This document shows positions 61,194 to 64,000 of a stretch of DNA of 64,000 bases, piece after piece (within the stretch, counting starts at the first letter, position 1; each line of letters starts with the position of its first letter). The notes below the pieces were generated by a model that saw nothing but the letters and a program-made list of their open reading frames with translations, was not told where the DNA came from and made no database searches. Both the position numbers and the translations under genes were made by a program. Source of the stretch: Lingula anatina (lineage: Eukaryota > Animalia > Brachiopoda); assembly GCA_051362555.1 (NCBI GenBank), contig CM120645.1, forward strand, positions 2,232,001 to 2,296,000. Reading direction: 5' to 3'.

Positions 61194-61919
61194 CAGGGGC
61201 GGATCCAGAGATATTTTGTGACAGTCTTCCAAATTATCTTTGAGCGCATTCTCAACGAATTAAGCCAGGCTTTACAAAGCCGGTGACCTAAAAATGGCGG
61301 ACGTACATGAAAGAAAAACCGCCTAATCTTTTAATAGTCTCTCCGCCTCCCCACACGTCGTCCCTGCGGGGTACAGTAATTAAATCGCGTCTCCGTTCGC
61401 CATGTGGAAGCTACCTGAGAAATATTAAGTGCGCATGCTCATCAGTTAAACTCGTGGTGAAGAAAGCATGGCGGCTGAAGGCGATCGAAGGAAAAAAGCT
61501 CTTCTGTTCTATTATCTTTGAAAACAGAGACGAAATAGGAATAATTTGGCCCGTAGAGCAGCAATGAATCGACTATCTACGGAGATAATATCACCAGAGA
61601 TATTCACGGAAATATTAATGTTCGGAGCCGAGATTTAATTACTGTACCCCGCAGGGACGACGTGTGGGGAGGCGTGTGAGAGGCGGAGAGACTATTAAAA
61701 GATTAGGCGGTTTTTCTTTCATGTACGTCCGCCATTTTTAGGTCACCGGCTTTGTAAAGCCTGGCTTAATTCGTTGAGAATGCGCTCTTTGTTGATCCAT
61801 CCTCCATTTTGACCGTCTTCCGACAGAAAAAATTAGATAGGCCTACCCGTCACATGATGTTAACTTAAAAATCTGACCATCTTCCAGAAGACCCAGAAGA
61901 CGACCTAAATCCGCCCCTG
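61194..61919. mobile_element. Outer MITE with CAGGGGCGGAT TIRs and 5-bp target duplication
   Basis: CAGGGGCGGAT...ATCCGCCCCTG flanked by GGTGT at 61189-61193 and 61920-61924. Confidence 0.75.
61242..61787. mobile_element. Young MITE with about 145-bp near-perfect TIRs, nested in the previous element
   Basis: GAGCGCATTCTCAACGAATTAAGCC... (61242-61387) is mirrored at about 61631-61787 with one small insertion; TTT on both flanks. Confidence 0.9.
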
Positions 61920-64000
61920 GGTGTCACATGCTACTGAACAGCGTGACATGCCTTAGCTTACAATTGCTGAATATCTTACTTCCTGTGATGGTGCATATTG
62001 GAAAAAAGTAGCTTAAACCCAACTCTATTGATTGAGAAAGCTAAGGGTTAGGAAAACAATTTATATTGTAACTTAGTCCAAAGATTAATGCCTGAAGGAT
62101 CAGGCAAATCAAATCTCGCAGTCATTTCTTTATTCACATCATTGTTTTCTTATCAGTAATGTTTAAGCTAGCGTTAACCCATTGACATGTTAAATATTTA
62201 CAAGATTTGATCATATTGTGTACGTATTGAGAATTGTCCTACTGTGTGTGGGTTTGTGTACAGCTCTGTTCACTGTAGCCTTAAGTCATGTTTCTAGTCA
62301 AGGAATGGAGGTCTGATTTAGTACACACTAGTATTAAAGATGCATACAAAGTCAATTTTTTGTCACAAAAACCAACCAAATGCCAGCATATAGTTTCAAG
62401 TAGTATAACTAAGAGAATTACCAAAAGGCATTGTTTAATTTTACCCGAAAATGATGTTTGAACGGATTTTTCTGCTGGCATTCTAAGCTGTATGTCAATG
62501 GGGCAGGAAAGTAGGTCACGAACGTAGGTTAAATTTACAACCAAAAATTTAAAGAAAGGAGCAGTCTAAAGGTCTTTTATGGCTGATTGAGTGATCTATT
62601 CAGTTTATCCCTTGGCATGTCGAATAAAAATCTAGTAGAAGTGGTTTACATGTGTTACTGGGAATCCACGCTCCACCGATGCTCGGTTCGTATGTACCTT
62701 TAAGTCAGACCATCATCCCTTGACTGGAAATTCAACTGAAGCTCAGACAATGTGGATATTTCAAATCAAGGTCTCATGACTTGATTATTGTTTACTAGTA
62801 CATACTAAGTTCAGTTCCCTTTACACAGGGCTTGGAACTGTTTAGGGAACAAATTTGCCCAAACTCTAACCGTAACAAAAGAAAAGCTGATATACTAGTA
62901 TTAAATATTTTAACACATTTATGTATTCGATAATACAATAACTAACTGGTTTTAAACAAACCATTTTTCCTTGTGATTCATATTTCACCCAAACAGACTA
63001 CTTACTAATGATTTAGCTCATGGTCAAAGTCAACTATCATTTTGGTCTGAAAATTTAGACCAAATTTCGGACTAAAGTTCTTTTAGGTGAAACGGGCTAA
63101 AGTGGACTAGAAACATGGCATGTTTTAGTAATGCTGATGTGAAGTGAGCCTGGAATTTGTTGATCCTGGAGATTGATTTACATTACAGAGGCTAAGCTGA
63201 TTACAATAGATCTTTAGATCTAGACAGCTTTGATAGTTTAATACATAATGGTCTAGTAAGGATTATAAGATTCTTGAGACAGGTTAAAACCTTTGATTCA
63301 AGATAAATGATTTAATTTTTCAGTCATGCTTATCCAGATTATTTCAATTTTCACAGGAATCAAACTTAATTTTTCCCCCTTAGATATGTGGCATGGATTT
63401 TCTTTAAGACAACTAATAGGGTAAAGCATCTGAGCCAACAGGTTATCTAGAGCTAAGCTTCCAAAAATCAATGATAACAGAAGAGCTCTCTTTATTAAAA
63501 CTCCAATCTTTTATATTTTATAATTGGGAAATTTCATACACACTGTTGCATTAACTTCGTATGAAATCAAATTTGTTAAAAATGTGATTTGCTCAATTAA
63601 ATAAGTACAAAATGTGTAGGAATCAAAAGTCATTTTTGTTCCAGCTGGAAAGACCAATAGACATACAAGCAGCAGTTTGTGAGTTAATAGAATATTGTAA
63701 AAGCCCACATAATGCCTAATTATTGAAAGTGAACAATAAAATAGAATGCAGTAAACTTGTATAGACACAGACTAGTTGTAATGTGCCTAGACCTACTATA
63801 CATGTTTACTTCACCAGCTGATACTTCCATGAGTACAACATTATTTTCAGTTTTTACTTCAAGATGTATTGCCGTGTACAGATAAGTAACAGGCAAGTCC
63901 GGATGGTAATTCTCCAGTATTAAAAGGTTTTCCTGGTTCAAATGATGCATAAAGTTATCAGTTCCTCCCCTCAGCACAGGTGCTCTACACATAAACTGCA

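Noticed and set aside
63720-63992. 90-aa minus-strand ORF at the window end
   Set aside because: Non-ATG start and no motif; the region looks like UTR or intron, although a terminal exon just outside the window cannot be excluded.

Overview
AT-rich, intron-containing eukaryotic DNA that looks like a marine invertebrate; there are no prokaryotic features. All recognisable genes are on the minus strand: a multi-exon SLC26 (prestin/pendrin-like) anion transporter (about 2.5-12.6 kb), cytoplasmic seryl-tRNA synthetase (24.5-30.1 kb), a small unresolved spliced gene (32-33.7 kb), and two secreted lectin-fold genes (LamG/ConA-like and fibrinogen-related) with an orphan type II transmembrane exon upstream (36-44 kb). 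At 52.8-54.3 kb is a candidate multi-copy peptide precursor that I do not recognise, with IDPxVI and DGL[F/Y] repeats. Mobile DNA includes a 5.6-kb non-coding foldback element with TAG...CTA ends and a TTA target duplication, a Kolobok-type MITE, a Helentron-like element, an L2/CR1 3' fragment and nested MITEs. All gene models were spliced by eye and need transcript confirmation.
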